From: Chlamydiia bacterium | GTDB lineage: Bacteria; Chlamydiota; Chlamydiia; Chlamydiales; 2-12-FULL-49-11 | Direction of reading: 5' to 3' | Assembly: GCA_044359535.1 (NCBI GenBank) | Contig: JBIKLZ010000022.1 | Coordinates: 1 to 19,586, forward strand | DNA length: 19,586 nt | In this document: positions 1-7,969 of the stretch, piece by piece | Layout: each line of letters begins with the position of its first letter | Position numbering within the stretch: the first letter of the stretch is position 1 | Notes under the pieces: model-generated | Databases searched by the model: none | Told to the model about the DNA's origin: nothing | What the model saw: the letters and a program-made list of their open reading frames with translations, nothing else | Program-made: the position numbers and the translations under genes

Positions 1-2
1 TA

Positions 3-305
3 TTCATTAAATTAAAGGAGCGATTTATAAACGAAATCAATCAAGATGAAAAACTCCGTCCCTACTTAAGGGAATATCCATTTACCCAAGATAGGGCAAC
101 TATTCTCCTTAGCTATTGTGATAAAAATGGAAATCATTACACAGATGGAAGTGTCACGTTGATCCTTTCAAAAGGGAAAAAAGAGGTGTGTTATTTAAGG
201 TACGTGGAAAAAGATTCAGAATCTGATGAATTATTAGTTGAGCCATACGAAGAGGCTCTTAAAATAGTTCATTCTAAGGAGAAAAAATCTCCCCCTTCTT
301 TATAA
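3..305 (+). CDS. 3' part of a hypothetical protein, truncated by the window edge; resembles an uncharacterised family seen in environmental Chlamydiae
   Basis: Manual translation of frame 3 is open from 3 to TAA at 303-305: FIKLKERFINEINQDEKLRPYLREYPFTQDRATILLSYCDKNG...EPYEEALKIVHSKEKKSPPSL. The INxDxKxRPYLxxYPF and EPYEEAxKIV pattern is recalled from chlamydial hypotheticals and not verified by search. Absent from the ORF track because it has no start codon in the window. Confidence 0.75.
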   Translation, partial: FIKLKERFINEINQDEKLRPYLREYPFTQDRATILLSYCDKNGNHYTDGSVTLILSKGKKEVCYLRYVEKDSESDELLVEPYEEALKIVHSKEKKSPPSL

Positions 306-317
306 AAGGGGTTGTTT
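292..317 (+). terminator. possible weak intrinsic terminator for the first ORF
   Basis: CCCCTT (292-297) pairs with AAGGGG (306-311), spans the stop codon and is followed by TTGTTT. Confidence 0.35.
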
Positions 318-340
318 ATAAAATCGATCAAAGTTACCAT
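312..340 (+). promoter_or_regulatory. sigma70/sigma66-type promoter candidate for pfp
   Basis: TTGTTT (312-317), 17 nt spacer, TACCAT (335-340). SD GGAG at 365-368 precedes the TTG start at 376. Confidence 0.4.
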
Positions 341-375
341 AGCTACTTCATATAACAAGAGATTGGAGAAATCAT

Positions 376-1914
376 TTGAATAAATCCCCTTTAGAAACCC
401 AACGATTAAATTATTCTGTGGATGTTTTCCCCTTATTAAGGGATATTAAAAGTGCCTATTGGAAAGATGAGGGCAATTGTATAAAACTCCTTGCTCATGA
501 AATTCAGCATAGCCCAGCTCTTAAAGTCGGGGTAATGTTTTCTGGCGGACCTGCCCCTGGGGGTCTTAACGTCTTATGCGGCCTATACAAGGGCTTAAAA
601 GAAATTCATCCAGAAAGTTCTCTTATTGGCTTTTTAAATGGGGCGGGGGGTTTTTTAAAAAATGACTTTCTTGAGCTAGGGGAAGATCAGATTGCTCAAC
701 TAAGAAATCAAGGGGGCTTTTCACCCCTTGGGACTGGAAGAACTAAAATTGAATCTTTAGATCAAATGAAAAAAGCTTTGGAGATTGTTAAGGAGCATCG
801 ATTGCAAGGACTTGTCTTTATTGGTGGTGACGATACAAATACAAACGCTTATCACCTCTCTTTGTTTTTTGAAAAAGAAAATGCTCGTTGCATGGTTGTT
901 GGAGTCCCTAAAACTATTGATGGGGATTTAAAAACTAAGGACATTGAAGCTTCTTTTGGCTTTGATACCGCTACAAAAACCTTTAGTCACATGATTGGAA
1001 ACCTTTGTCGCGATGCAATGTCAGCTAAAAAGTACTGGTTTTTTGTTAAACTAATGGGAAGGGCGGCTTCTCACGTCACTTTAGAGTGTGCTTTAAAAAG
1101 TAAGCCAAATCTAGCTTTTATTACTGAGGAAATTTCAGCCAATAAAACCCCTTTTAAAAAAATCATTGAGGAGTGTGCAAACATTGTCATCGAAAGGGCC
1201 CAAAGAAATAAAAATTATGGGGTCATCTTAATTCCTGAGGGACTTATTGAAGGGTGCTTTGATATGAAGGAGATGATCGATCAATGCAATAGACTTAAGA
1301 GGGAGGGAAAAGACTTAAGCCATCTACAAGGCCCTTCTCAAGAACTTTTTAATTCCCTACCTCTTCATATTCAAAAGCAATTTGGAACCGATGTAGATCC
1401 CCATGGAAATATGCAACTTTCCCATATTGCTACCGATCAACTTCTTGCTGAAATGGTTGAGGAAAAGGTGAGGAACCATGAAAAGGTACAATTTAAAGTT
1501 GTCCCTATCTTTTATGGATATGATGCACGCTGCGCCTTACCTTCAAATTTTGATGCCACCTATTGCTACAACTTAGGCTTAATAGCTTCTCTTTTAGTAA
1601 GGGATCGGAAAAATGGTTATATTGCCTCTGTTAAAGGACTCAATGATCCAGTAGGAGAATGGAGTGGTTATGGAATCCCTATTCAAACAATGATGCATCA
1701 AGAAGAAAGAAATGGTGAGATAAAATCTGTTATTGCCAAAGCGCTTGTCGATTTAAAAGGTAGACCCTTTAAAGAGTTTTCTAAAAAAAGAGATCAGTGG
1801 AAATATGAGGATATGTACGAATCTACAGGCCCGATACAATTTGATGATTCTTCTTCATCTTTTGTAAAAACTCTAACCCTTGTCTTAGAGCAAACTAAAA
1901 AAAGCTTTCTTTAA
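376..1914 (+). CDS. pfp: pyrophosphate-dependent phosphofructokinase (diphosphate--fructose-6-phosphate 1-phosphotransferase, long clade)
   Basis: Motifs SGGPAPG, RNQGG, GRTKI, IGGDDTNT, GVPKTIDGD, SFGFDTA, LMGRAASH, IPEGLIE, GYDARC, PSNFDATYCY, GPIQF. GGDD plus PKTIDGD carry the Asp/Lys pair associated with PPi use. Confidence 0.95.
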   Translation: MNKSPLETQRLNYSVDVFPLLRDIKSAYWKDEGNCIKLLAHEIQHSPALKVGVMFSGGPAPGGLNVLCGLYKGLKEIHPESSLIGFLNGAGGFLKNDFLELGEDQIAQLRNQGGFSPLGTGRTKIESLDQMKKALEIVKEHRLQGLVFIGGDDTNTNAYHLSLFFEKENARCMVVGVPKTIDGDLKTKDIEASFGFDTATKTFSHMIGNLCRDAMSAKKYWFFVKLMGRAASHVTLECALKSKPNLAFITEEISANKTPFKKIIEECANIVIERAQRNKNYGVILIPEGLIEGCFDMKEMIDQCNRLKREGKDLSHLQGPSQELFNSLPLHIQKQFGTDVDPHGNMQLSHIATDQLLAEMVEEKVRNHEKVQFKVVPIFYGYDARCALPSNFDATYCYNLGLIASLLVRDRKNGYIASVKGLNDPVGEWSGYGIPIQTMMHQEERNGEIKSVIAKALVDLKGRPFKEFSKKRDQWKYEDMYESTGPIQFDDSSSSFVKTLTLVLEQTKKSFL

Positions 1915-1928
1915 GGAAAATCCTCATT

Positions 1929-2513
1929 GTGCCTTTTTATTTTAGAAAAAATCCCTCCTTTATGCTCAAGGCTGATCTGTTTTTATTTTTATCCTATCTT
2001 TGGGTAAACCCCTATCGCCATTTAAGGAAATTTTTGCAAAAAAAGGGGGTTGAAAATCCTTATCAGTATGGAGAAACCCCATTAAAGATTATAGAAACCC
2101 TTATTGACGCTGCCGGCGGTCTAAAAGAATACCAATATTTTGCCGATTTAGGGGCAGGAAGGGGGAGACTCTCCTATTTTGTTCAGAAAAAATATCAGTG
2201 CAAGGTCTTTGCTTTTGAGCAGTTAGCCCTTTTTGTTAACAAGGGAAAAAAACTCTATCCAAATGTAGAGTTTATTCTTGGAAATTTTTTGGATAAAGAG
2301 CTCTTTTCTATCGATCTTATCTATCTATATGGGACCATGATGAGTGAAGATGAAATTTTATCTTTTGTCAAAAAAATTAAAGGGAATACCAAAATTATTA
2401 CAATTTCCTATCCATTAAGTGATTATGATTCTCGTTTTAAGGTATTAAAAAAGGTTGATGTACACTTTCCTTGGGGAAAAACTTTTGGATATATTCAATG
2501 TTTAAGAAAATAA
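1929..2513 (+). CDS. class I SAM-dependent methyltransferase with a DOT1-like motif arrangement
   Basis: YQYGETP followed by motif I FADLGAGRG, acidic residue after strand 2 (FAFE), GNF, IYLYGT, C-terminal FPWGKT. The GTG start is uncertain. Confidence 0.8.
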   Translation: MPFYFRKNPSFMLKADLFLFLSYLWVNPYRHLRKFLQKKGVENPYQYGETPLKIIETLIDAAGGLKEYQYFADLGAGRGRLSYFVQKKYQCKVFAFEQLALFVNKGKKLYPNVEFILGNFLDKELFSIDLIYLYGTMMSEDEILSFVKKIKGNTKIITISYPLSDYDSRFKVLKKVDVHFPWGKTFGYIQCLRK

Positions 2514-2534
2514 AACGATGTAAGGAGCTGTGTT

Positions 2535-3707
2535 GTGGATATAAATAAAATTGGAACGATAGATCCCTATCTTAAAGAGGTAAGGAGGCAATTACACCAA
2601 ATTCCTGAGCTTGCTTTTCAAGAAGAAAAAACCATTGCCTATCTTAAGGCTGAAATTTTGGATATTATTGAAAAAAGTAATAGGAATATCACTCTTAAAG
2701 AGATGATGGGAGGGCTTGTTGTTGATCTTTTGATAGACCCCTCTTATAAGCGGTTGCTTTTTCGTGCCGATATTGATGCTCTACCTATTACAGAGGAAAC
2801 CGGTCTTATATTTTCTTCAAAACATCCAGGAAAAATGCATGCTTGTGGTCACGATATCCATGCAGCAATGCTCCTTGGGGCTTTAAAATGTTTTTCTCAA
2901 GAAAATACTATGAGCGCATCTAACCTACGCTTTGTTTTTCAAAGATCAGAAGAGCGAAAAGTAGATGGGATAAGTGGGGGGCAAATGCTTGTCAATGAAG
3001 GGGTTTTAGACTCTGTAGATGAAGTCTATGCATTACATATTTTTCCAAGGGGGGAAGTGGGCCACTTTTTTTCACGAAGTGGGGTGATGATGGCTGATAC
3101 AAGTCAGTTTCATATCGAAATAAACTCTACAGGGGGGCATGTTGCAAGACCCTATGACAGGACAAATGCAATTGATGTCCTTATTGAAATACAAAATAGT
3201 TCAAGGGGTTTTTTAGAAAGGTTTTTACACCCTTCTGAAGAGGCTATTTTAGTCCCAAGTATTATTGAAGGGGGGAATATCCCAAATGTTCGTCCTTCAA
3301 AGGGTAAGTGTTGTTTTGTTTTAAGACACTTTTTAAGCCAAGAGCGCGCTTTTGAATTTCAAAACCTCTATACTCAAAAAATACAAGCGATATTAGATAG
3401 TTACCCTGATTGTAAAGGATCAACAGTCACCTACATTCAAGGCTACCCCCTTTTAAAAAACTCCCCATCCTCTTTTGATAAAGTTAAAAAAAGACTTGAA
3501 GAGAATGCTATTTCTGTAACAGAAGGGACTAAATCTTATGGAGGTGAGGATTTTGCTTATTATCTTCAGCAAAAACCGGGGGCAATGTGGTATCTTGGGG
3601 TGAATGGATATGGGGGGTATGATTTACACACTTCAAAAATGAACCCTGATGAAGGAGCTATGATCCACGGGGTCCTTTTTTGGCTCCTTTTAGCTACTCT
3701 CCCTTAG
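2535..3707 (+). CDS. M20D-family amidohydrolase (aminoacylase/hippuricase-like)
   Basis: RRQLHQIPELAFQE, RADIDALP, MHACGHD, FQRSEE (cf. FQPAEE), GGHVARP, GGEDFAYY, LHTSK. AAGGAG SD precedes the GTG start. Confidence 0.92.
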   Translation: MDINKIGTIDPYLKEVRRQLHQIPELAFQEEKTIAYLKAEILDIIEKSNRNITLKEMMGGLVVDLLIDPSYKRLLFRADIDALPITEETGLIFSSKHPGKMHACGHDIHAAMLLGALKCFSQENTMSASNLRFVFQRSEERKVDGISGGQMLVNEGVLDSVDEVYALHIFPRGEVGHFFSRSGVMMADTSQFHIEINSTGGHVARPYDRTNAIDVLIEIQNSSRGFLERFLHPSEEAILVPSIIEGGNIPNVRPSKGKCCFVLRHFLSQERAFEFQNLYTQKIQAILDSYPDCKGSTVTYIQGYPLLKNSPSSFDKVKKRLEENAISVTEGTKSYGGEDFAYYLQQKPGAMWYLGVNGYGGYDLHTSKMNPDEGAMIHGVLFWLLLATLP

Positions 3708-5121
3708 ATTTAAGTAGATTCCAACTTGGCTTTTTATAGGTGTGAATCACTAACGGAATTCCACACATGACTAAAAGTCCAGTAAGTAAAAATGCTTCAT
3801 AGATAAATAGATTTCCCACTTGAATTTGAGAAGGGGGGATGAAGACAAGTAAGAATCCAAAAACGCATGCAACAATACCTAAAGTCGATATTATCCAAAT
3901 TCCTTTGTGAGGGTGAGGGATCTTATAAGCTCTAGGAACTTTTGGGTGTGAATATCGAAGTTTAATAGATGCAAGAAACATCAATATATACATGATTAAG
4001 TACAATTGTGTACTAAGAGCTGTTAAAATCCAATAGGCACTGCTTAAATTTGGCATGATAATAAAAACAAGAGAGACAATAGTTACAATTACCCCTTGAA
4101 AAAACAAAATGTTTACAGGGACATTGTTTTTATTAAGAACTTGAAAATAAGGGGGGAGGTTTCCATGCTCTGTTGTTGTATAAAGCGCTTTTACCGGCCC
4201 TATAATCCACGTATTGACTTCACCTACTGCCCCAATAACTAACAAAATCCCTAAAACCGGGAGTAAAAAGCTTAAATGATAGTTGTTTAGAAACATTTGT
4301 AAGGCTTCCATCAACCCTGCAACTAAATTCACTTGATCCTTTGGTATCACAACAGCTATAGATAAAGAACCTAACATAAAAAGGAAGAAGGTGATGATTG
4401 CAGCGTAAATAATCCCTTTAGGGTAATTTTTTTGAGGGTTTTTTACTTCGCTTGCATACCCAGAGGAGACTTCAAGCCCTGCAAATGCAAGAAAAAGCCC
4501 CCCTAAAAAGACAAAATTTTGAACACTTGAAAAATTAGGAATAAATTCTTCCCAAGAAAAACCAATTTGAGAGGGGTTTCCTTTCACAAGCCACACAAAA
4601 GCAAGAAATATTAAAAATACCCCAGGAACAATTGTCCCTGATATAACCCCTAAAGTGGAAAACCAAGCTGACACCTTAATCCCATAGTAATTTAAAAGGG
4701 TCATTCCCCAAAAACTAAAAAGAACAACACCTAAAACGTATAAAGAATTCGATGCTAAAGGTGGATAAATTACATAGGCTAGTGTGGTTGCTACAAATGA
4801 AAGGATTGCTGGGTACCAAGCTACGCTATGAATCCATTGCAACCAAATAGCAAAAAATCCCCAATTATCCCCAAAAGCTTCTTTCACCCAAATGTAAATC
4901 CCCCCTGATTTAGGCCATCCGGTAGCTAACTCAGCCGATACAAGGGCGCATGGGATGAGAAAAAAAATCCCTACAATAATAAATAAAAACAGCGCTGAAA
5001 AGCCATAAGTGGCAACTAAGGGTAAATTACGTAAAGAGGCCATAATAGCCACGTTTAGCATCACAAGCATAAATGTTGTGATCACTCTTTTATTTCCTTT
5101 TGAAGTCTCGGAAAATTCCAC
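3694..5121 (-). CDS. APC superfamily amino acid permease (GadC/YjeM-like)
   Basis: About 12 TM helices. Motifs SLRNLP, P..LVSAELATGWP..GGIYIWV..AFG, FAGLEVS, EVKNPQKNYPK, WIIGP, G.LP, RAYKIP. Confidence 0.92.
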   Translation of the reverse strand: MEFSETSKGNKRVITTFMLVMLNVAIMASLRNLPLVATYGFSALFLFIIVGIFFLIPCALVSAELATGWPKSGGIYIWVKEAFGDNWGFFAIWLQWIHSVAWYPAILSFVATTLAYVIYPPLASNSLYVLGVVLFSFWGMTLLNYYGIKVSAWFSTLGVISGTIVPGVFLIFLAFVWLVKGNPSQIGFSWEEFIPNFSSVQNFVFLGGLFLAFAGLEVSSGYASEVKNPQKNYPKGIIYAAIITFFLFMLGSLSIAVVIPKDQVNLVAGLMEALQMFLNNYHLSFLLPVLGILLVIGAVGEVNTWIIGPVKALYTTTEHGNLPPYFQVLNKNNVPVNILFFQGVIVTIVSLVFIIMPNLSSAYWILTALSTQLYLIMYILMFLASIKLRYSHPKVPRAYKIPHPHKGIWIISTLGIVACVFGFLLVFIPPSQIQVGNLFIYEAFLLTGLLVMCGIPLVIHTYKKPSWNLLKSKGE

Positions 5122-5332
5122 AGGTATCCTTATTGTAAGATTGTCTTTATCGTTTCATACAGCTCTTTTAATTTGAAAGCAACCCTTTTGTAGAAAAACT
5201 CAACCTCTACTCATATTCAAATCCATAACATTTTTATATTAAATGAGATGAAAAATTTTAATCATTTTCTAGCTTTTAAAGCGCTTATATTCATAGTTAA
5301 TAGCAGAGAAACCCTCATATATGGAGAAAATA

Positions 5333-5605
5333 ATGAAAGGTAAAAAACTAAATAAAAATGGAAGGGAAACAACAGGGACACCTTCAAAAAGTAAAAAATA
5401 TAAAAGTCTAAAAAGGGGTTGGAAAACATTTTTCCAAAGAATTTTTTGGTTCTTCTTTGACCTTCCAAATACAAAAAAATCCTCTGCAAAAAAAAGGACA
5501 ACAAAAAGGAAAGTCTCCTCTGTAAAAAGAGAAAATTCAAAAAAAATTATTTCTCTCAAACAAAGACAAACCAAAAGTAAAAAGGCGATAAAAAAAGTGG
5601 CTTAA
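5333..5605 (+). CDS. small highly basic hypothetical protein (about 90 aa) with a central aromatic amphipathic segment
   Basis: ORF track gives 5321..5605, but GGAG at 5323-5326 sits 6 nt before ATG 5333, which favours MKGKK... The 94-aa version has 33 K+R against 4 D/E. A strong terminator follows directly. Confidence 0.6.
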   Translation: MKGKKLNKNGRETTGTPSKSKKYKSLKRGWKTFFQRIFWFFFDLPNTKKSSAKKRTTKRKVSSVKRENSKKIISLKQRQTKSKKAIKKVA

Positions 5606-5625
5606 AAAACTGTTTTAAACGGTAT

Positions 5626-5663
5626 AAAAAATGATCTGAAAAAAACTTCAGATCATTTTTTTT
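5626..5663 (+). terminator. intrinsic terminator, potentially bidirectional
   Basis: Perfect 15-bp inverted repeat AAAAAATGATCTGAA (5626-5640) / TTCAGATCATTTTTT (5647-5661) with a 6-nt loop and T-run to 5663, starting 20 nt after the stop at 5605. Confidence 0.8.
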
Positions 5664-5963
5664 GTAAAATTTCTTTCAAAAAATCTCAAAAAAAATCAGA
5701 AAAATTTCCTTATAATCCTTTGAATATAAAGGGGTAGCTGCTGATTTATCAAGCGGTTGACCCTCAGTAAGTTTAGTAAGTTTTTGAAAATCAATGATTA
5801 ATGTGTAAAATAAAATGATAAAAAATGGATTGTATGTTTTTATTAACAAAATAAAACTTTTTTTTTCCTTGAAAAAACAGATCAAAAAATGCCCCCACAA
5901 TGGTGTTTGGTTGATAAAATGATTTTTCATATTTTTTAGTTAATTTTAAGTTTTAATGTTTTT

Positions 5964-5992
5964 TTGTATTTAAACTTATAATTATTTATATT
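5964..5992 (+). promoter_or_regulatory. sigma70/sigma66-type promoter candidate for the histone-like gene
   Basis: TTGTAT (5964-5969), 17 nt, TATATT (5987-5992). A TATAAT also lies at 5977-5982. The very AT-rich context lowers specificity. Confidence 0.35.
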
Positions 5993-6081
5993 CACAAATA
6001 AGAAAGAAATAGATAGCGTTTTCATACATCTGTTTAACTTTCTCATTAACTGCAATTAATTTCAGACATGAAGGAGAAGAA

Positions 6082-6663
6082 ATGGAAGCAAAAACAAAAG
6101 CAGCAGCTAAGAAAAGACCTGCTGCAAAAAGAAAGCCTGCGGCTAAAAAGATGGGTGCAGAGCAATCAGCTGCAAAAGAGGAGACAGCTAAAAAAGTTAT
6201 GGCTCCTAAAAAAACAGCAACAAAAAGAAAAGCTGTGGCTAAAAAACCTACTGTAAAAAAAGCCTCTGCAAAAAAAGCTACAGTGAAAAAAGCCCCTGCA
6301 AAAAGAAAAGCAGTTGCTAAAAAAACAACAGCTAAAAAAGCTACAGTGAAAAAAGCAAAAGCTAAAAAAGCTACAGTGAAAAAAGCAAAAGCTAAAAAAG
6401 CTACAGTGAAAAAAGCAAAAGCTAAAAAAGCTCCAGCAAAAAGAAAAACTGTTGCAAAAAAAGCAGTTGCTAAAAAAACAACAGCTAAAAAAGCAAAAGC
6501 TAAAAAAGCTCCAGCAAAAAGAAAAACTGTAGCTAAAAAAGCAACAAGTAAAGCTAAAGTTGCAAAAAGAACAACAAGAAAGGCAACAAAAGCCAAAGCA
6601 GCTCCTAAAAAAGCATCAAGTGCTAAAAAAAGAGTTGTAGTTAGAAGAAAAGCTAAAAAATAG
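6082..6663 (+). CDS. hctB: histone H1-like nucleoid protein, Hc2-type (Lys/Ala pentapeptide repeats)
   Basis: Strong SD AAGGAG before ATG. The 193 aa are almost all K/A/T/V/P/R in units [26 protein letters not shown]. It lacks the folded N-terminal domain of Hc1. Orthology is assumed from composition only. Confidence 0.8.
   Translation: MEAKTKAAAKKRPAAKRKPAAKKMGAEQSAAKEETAKKVMAPKKTATKRKAVAKKPTVKKASAKKATVKKAPAKRKAVAKKTTAKKATVKKAKAKKATVKKAKAKKATVKKAKAKKAPAKRKTVAKKAVAKKTTAKKAKAKKAPAKRKTVAKKATSKAKVAKRTTRKATKAKAAPKKASSAKKRVVVRRKAKK
6331..6432 (+). repeat. 30-bp perfect tandem repeat, 3 copies plus a 12-nt partial, inside the histone-like gene
   Basis: GCTAAAAAAGCTACAGTGAAAAAAGCAAAA at 6331, 6361 and 6391, then GCTAAAAAAGCT at 6421. 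Each unit encodes [10 protein letters not shown]. Confidence 0.95.
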
Positions 6664-6687
6664 TTTTTTTTTAACATGTGTATGTCT

Positions 6688-6721
6688 AACTAAGAGGCTA
6701 TCAGCCTCTTAGTTTTTTTTT
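6688..6721 (+). terminator. intrinsic terminator of the histone-like gene, overlapping the 3' end of the convergent PAP2 gene
   Basis: AACTAAGAGGCT (6688-6699), loop ATC, AGCCTCTTAGTT (6703-6714), then a T-run to 6721. Confidence 0.85.
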
Positions 6722-7237
6722 ATATGCAAACCCTTTTTCAGTAACTAAAGAAAGGATAAGACCGATGCAAAAGCCAACGATAACATCAGAAAAAAAATGT
6801 TCTCTTAGAAAAAGTCTTGTTGCCATGATCCCAATGGGAAAAATTAAGATGCTTGGTGAGCATTTAAATAGTTTATAAATAGAAAAGGATAAGGCAGCAG
6901 CCATTGCAGTATGACTTGAAGGAAAGGAAAGGTAAGGGTCTTCTAGGGTGAAAAATTTATATCCTACAATCTGTTTTTCAAGTAAAAAAGGACGAGCTCT
7001 CCCAAAAAGGATTTTTAAAACCCCGCAAAAAAGCATGATGCCATTTGTAAGTGTAAAAAAATAAAAGGGTTTTGTTAACACTATATTACCTTTTTTTCGA
7101 AAAAAGAGGATAAGGGAAATAAGACCCCAAATGAACAGGTGAATTTTTGGATCAGCAAAGGCTGTGAAAATATGTAAAATGGGGGATGAAAAATGGGGGA
7201 TGTGTCTAAAAAAATAGAGGTCTATTGGGTTTAACAT
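6701..7237 (-). CDS. PAP2 family membrane phosphatase (lipid phosphate / undecaprenyl-PP / lipid A phosphatase-like)
   Basis: C1 KILFGRARP, C2 FPSSH, C3 TRLFLREHFFSD, several TM segments. Confidence 0.9.
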   Translation of the reverse strand: MLNPIDLYFFRHIPHFSSPILHIFTAFADPKIHLFIWGLISLILFFRKKGNIVLTKPFYFFTLTNGIMLFCGVLKILFGRARPFLLEKQIVGYKFFTLEDPYLSFPSSHTAMAAALSFSIYKLFKCSPSILIFPIGIMATRLFLREHFFSDVIVGFCIGLILSLVTEKGFAYKKKLRG

Positions 7238-7297
7238 TTTTCTACTATCTCTAAATTTTGATTTAAATGTATACTTTTTTATACTTTAGGGGGATTT

Positions 7298-7969
7298 ATG
7301 AAAAGGGTATTTTTCAGTTTAGGGTGGATGTTTCTTTGTCATGCAGATCCAATAGTACCCATAGATTTTTCTTATCTTAAAGAAAAGATGCCAAAACTTG
7401 ATCCAAAATTGTTAGATATTCATTTAGCCTTATATCAAGGGTATGTTCAGCAAGTAAATTTTATTGACGAAAATATGCTTAAAGCAACCGATCCTTTTAT
7501 GAAGCAAGCTCTTAGAAAGCAATATGGATTTGAGTACGATGGAGCAAGACTTCATGAGCTCTATTTTAGTCAACTTGGAGGAAAGGGGTACAACCCAAAG
7601 GTCAAATTAAGGATAGGGGATGCACTCATAGAGCTTTATGGCTCGATGGAAAATTTTATAGATCAAGTAAAAAGTTACGCAAAAACTCGTGGGATAGGCT
7701 GGGTGATTTTATTTGGAGAAATAGCCACCTCTAAAATAAAGTTATCTTGGGTGGGGGATCATGAAAAAGGGTTGTTATCTGGGTGGATTCCCCTTTTAGT
7801 GATCGATCTTTGGGAACATGCTTATATCTGTCAGTATGGCTTAAATAAAGAAAGCTATGTCGATCTTTGTTTTGAATATATGGATTGGAGTGTCGTGAAT
7901 AAAAGGTATGTCAATGAGTGTAAACTGAAAAGCAACGCCTATAAAAAGCATCTTAGGAAAGATTCTTAA
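7298..7969 (+). CDS. sod: Fe/Mn superoxide dismutase with a predicted N-terminal signal peptide
   Basis: Metal ligands in DIHLALYQGYV, RLHELYF and DLWEHAY, plus GIGWV and DWSVVNKRY. N-terminus MKRVFFSLGWMFLCHA|D. SD AGGGGG. Metal specificity cannot be determined from sequence here. Confidence 0.9.
   Translation: MKRVFFSLGWMFLCHADPIVPIDFSYLKEKMPKLDPKLLDIHLALYQGYVQQVNFIDENMLKATDPFMKQALRKQYGFEYDGARLHELYFSQLGGKGYNPKVKLRIGDALIELYGSMENFIDQVKSYAKTRGIGWVILFGEIATSKIKLSWVGDHEKGLLSGWIPLLVIDLWEHAYICQYGLNKESYVDLCFEYMDWSVVNKRYVNECKLKSNAYKKHLRKDS

Noticed and set aside
5262..5930. Minus-strand Phe-rich ORFs 5262..5540, 5269..5574 and 5676..5930
   Set aside because: They are products of poly-T tracts with no motifs or convincing RBS. 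The first two are antisense to the better-supported 5333 ORF.
6068..6256. 62-aa alternative-frame ORF overlapping the histone-like gene
   Set aside because: Its first codons contain the AAGGAG SD of the 6082 gene. It has no SD of its own and is a frame-shifted reading of A-rich repeats.
6331..6432. Tandem repeat considered as a CRISPR array
   Set aside because: Units are contiguous with no unique spacers, in frame within a CDS, and no cas genes are present.
5982..6677. 231-aa hydrophobic minus-strand ORF (F/A/L/V repeats) resembling a membrane protein
   Set aside because: It is the antisense shadow of the Lys/Ala repeat gene, whose codons read as Phe/Leu/Ala with no stops on the reverse strand. 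The plus-strand gene has the SD and terminator.
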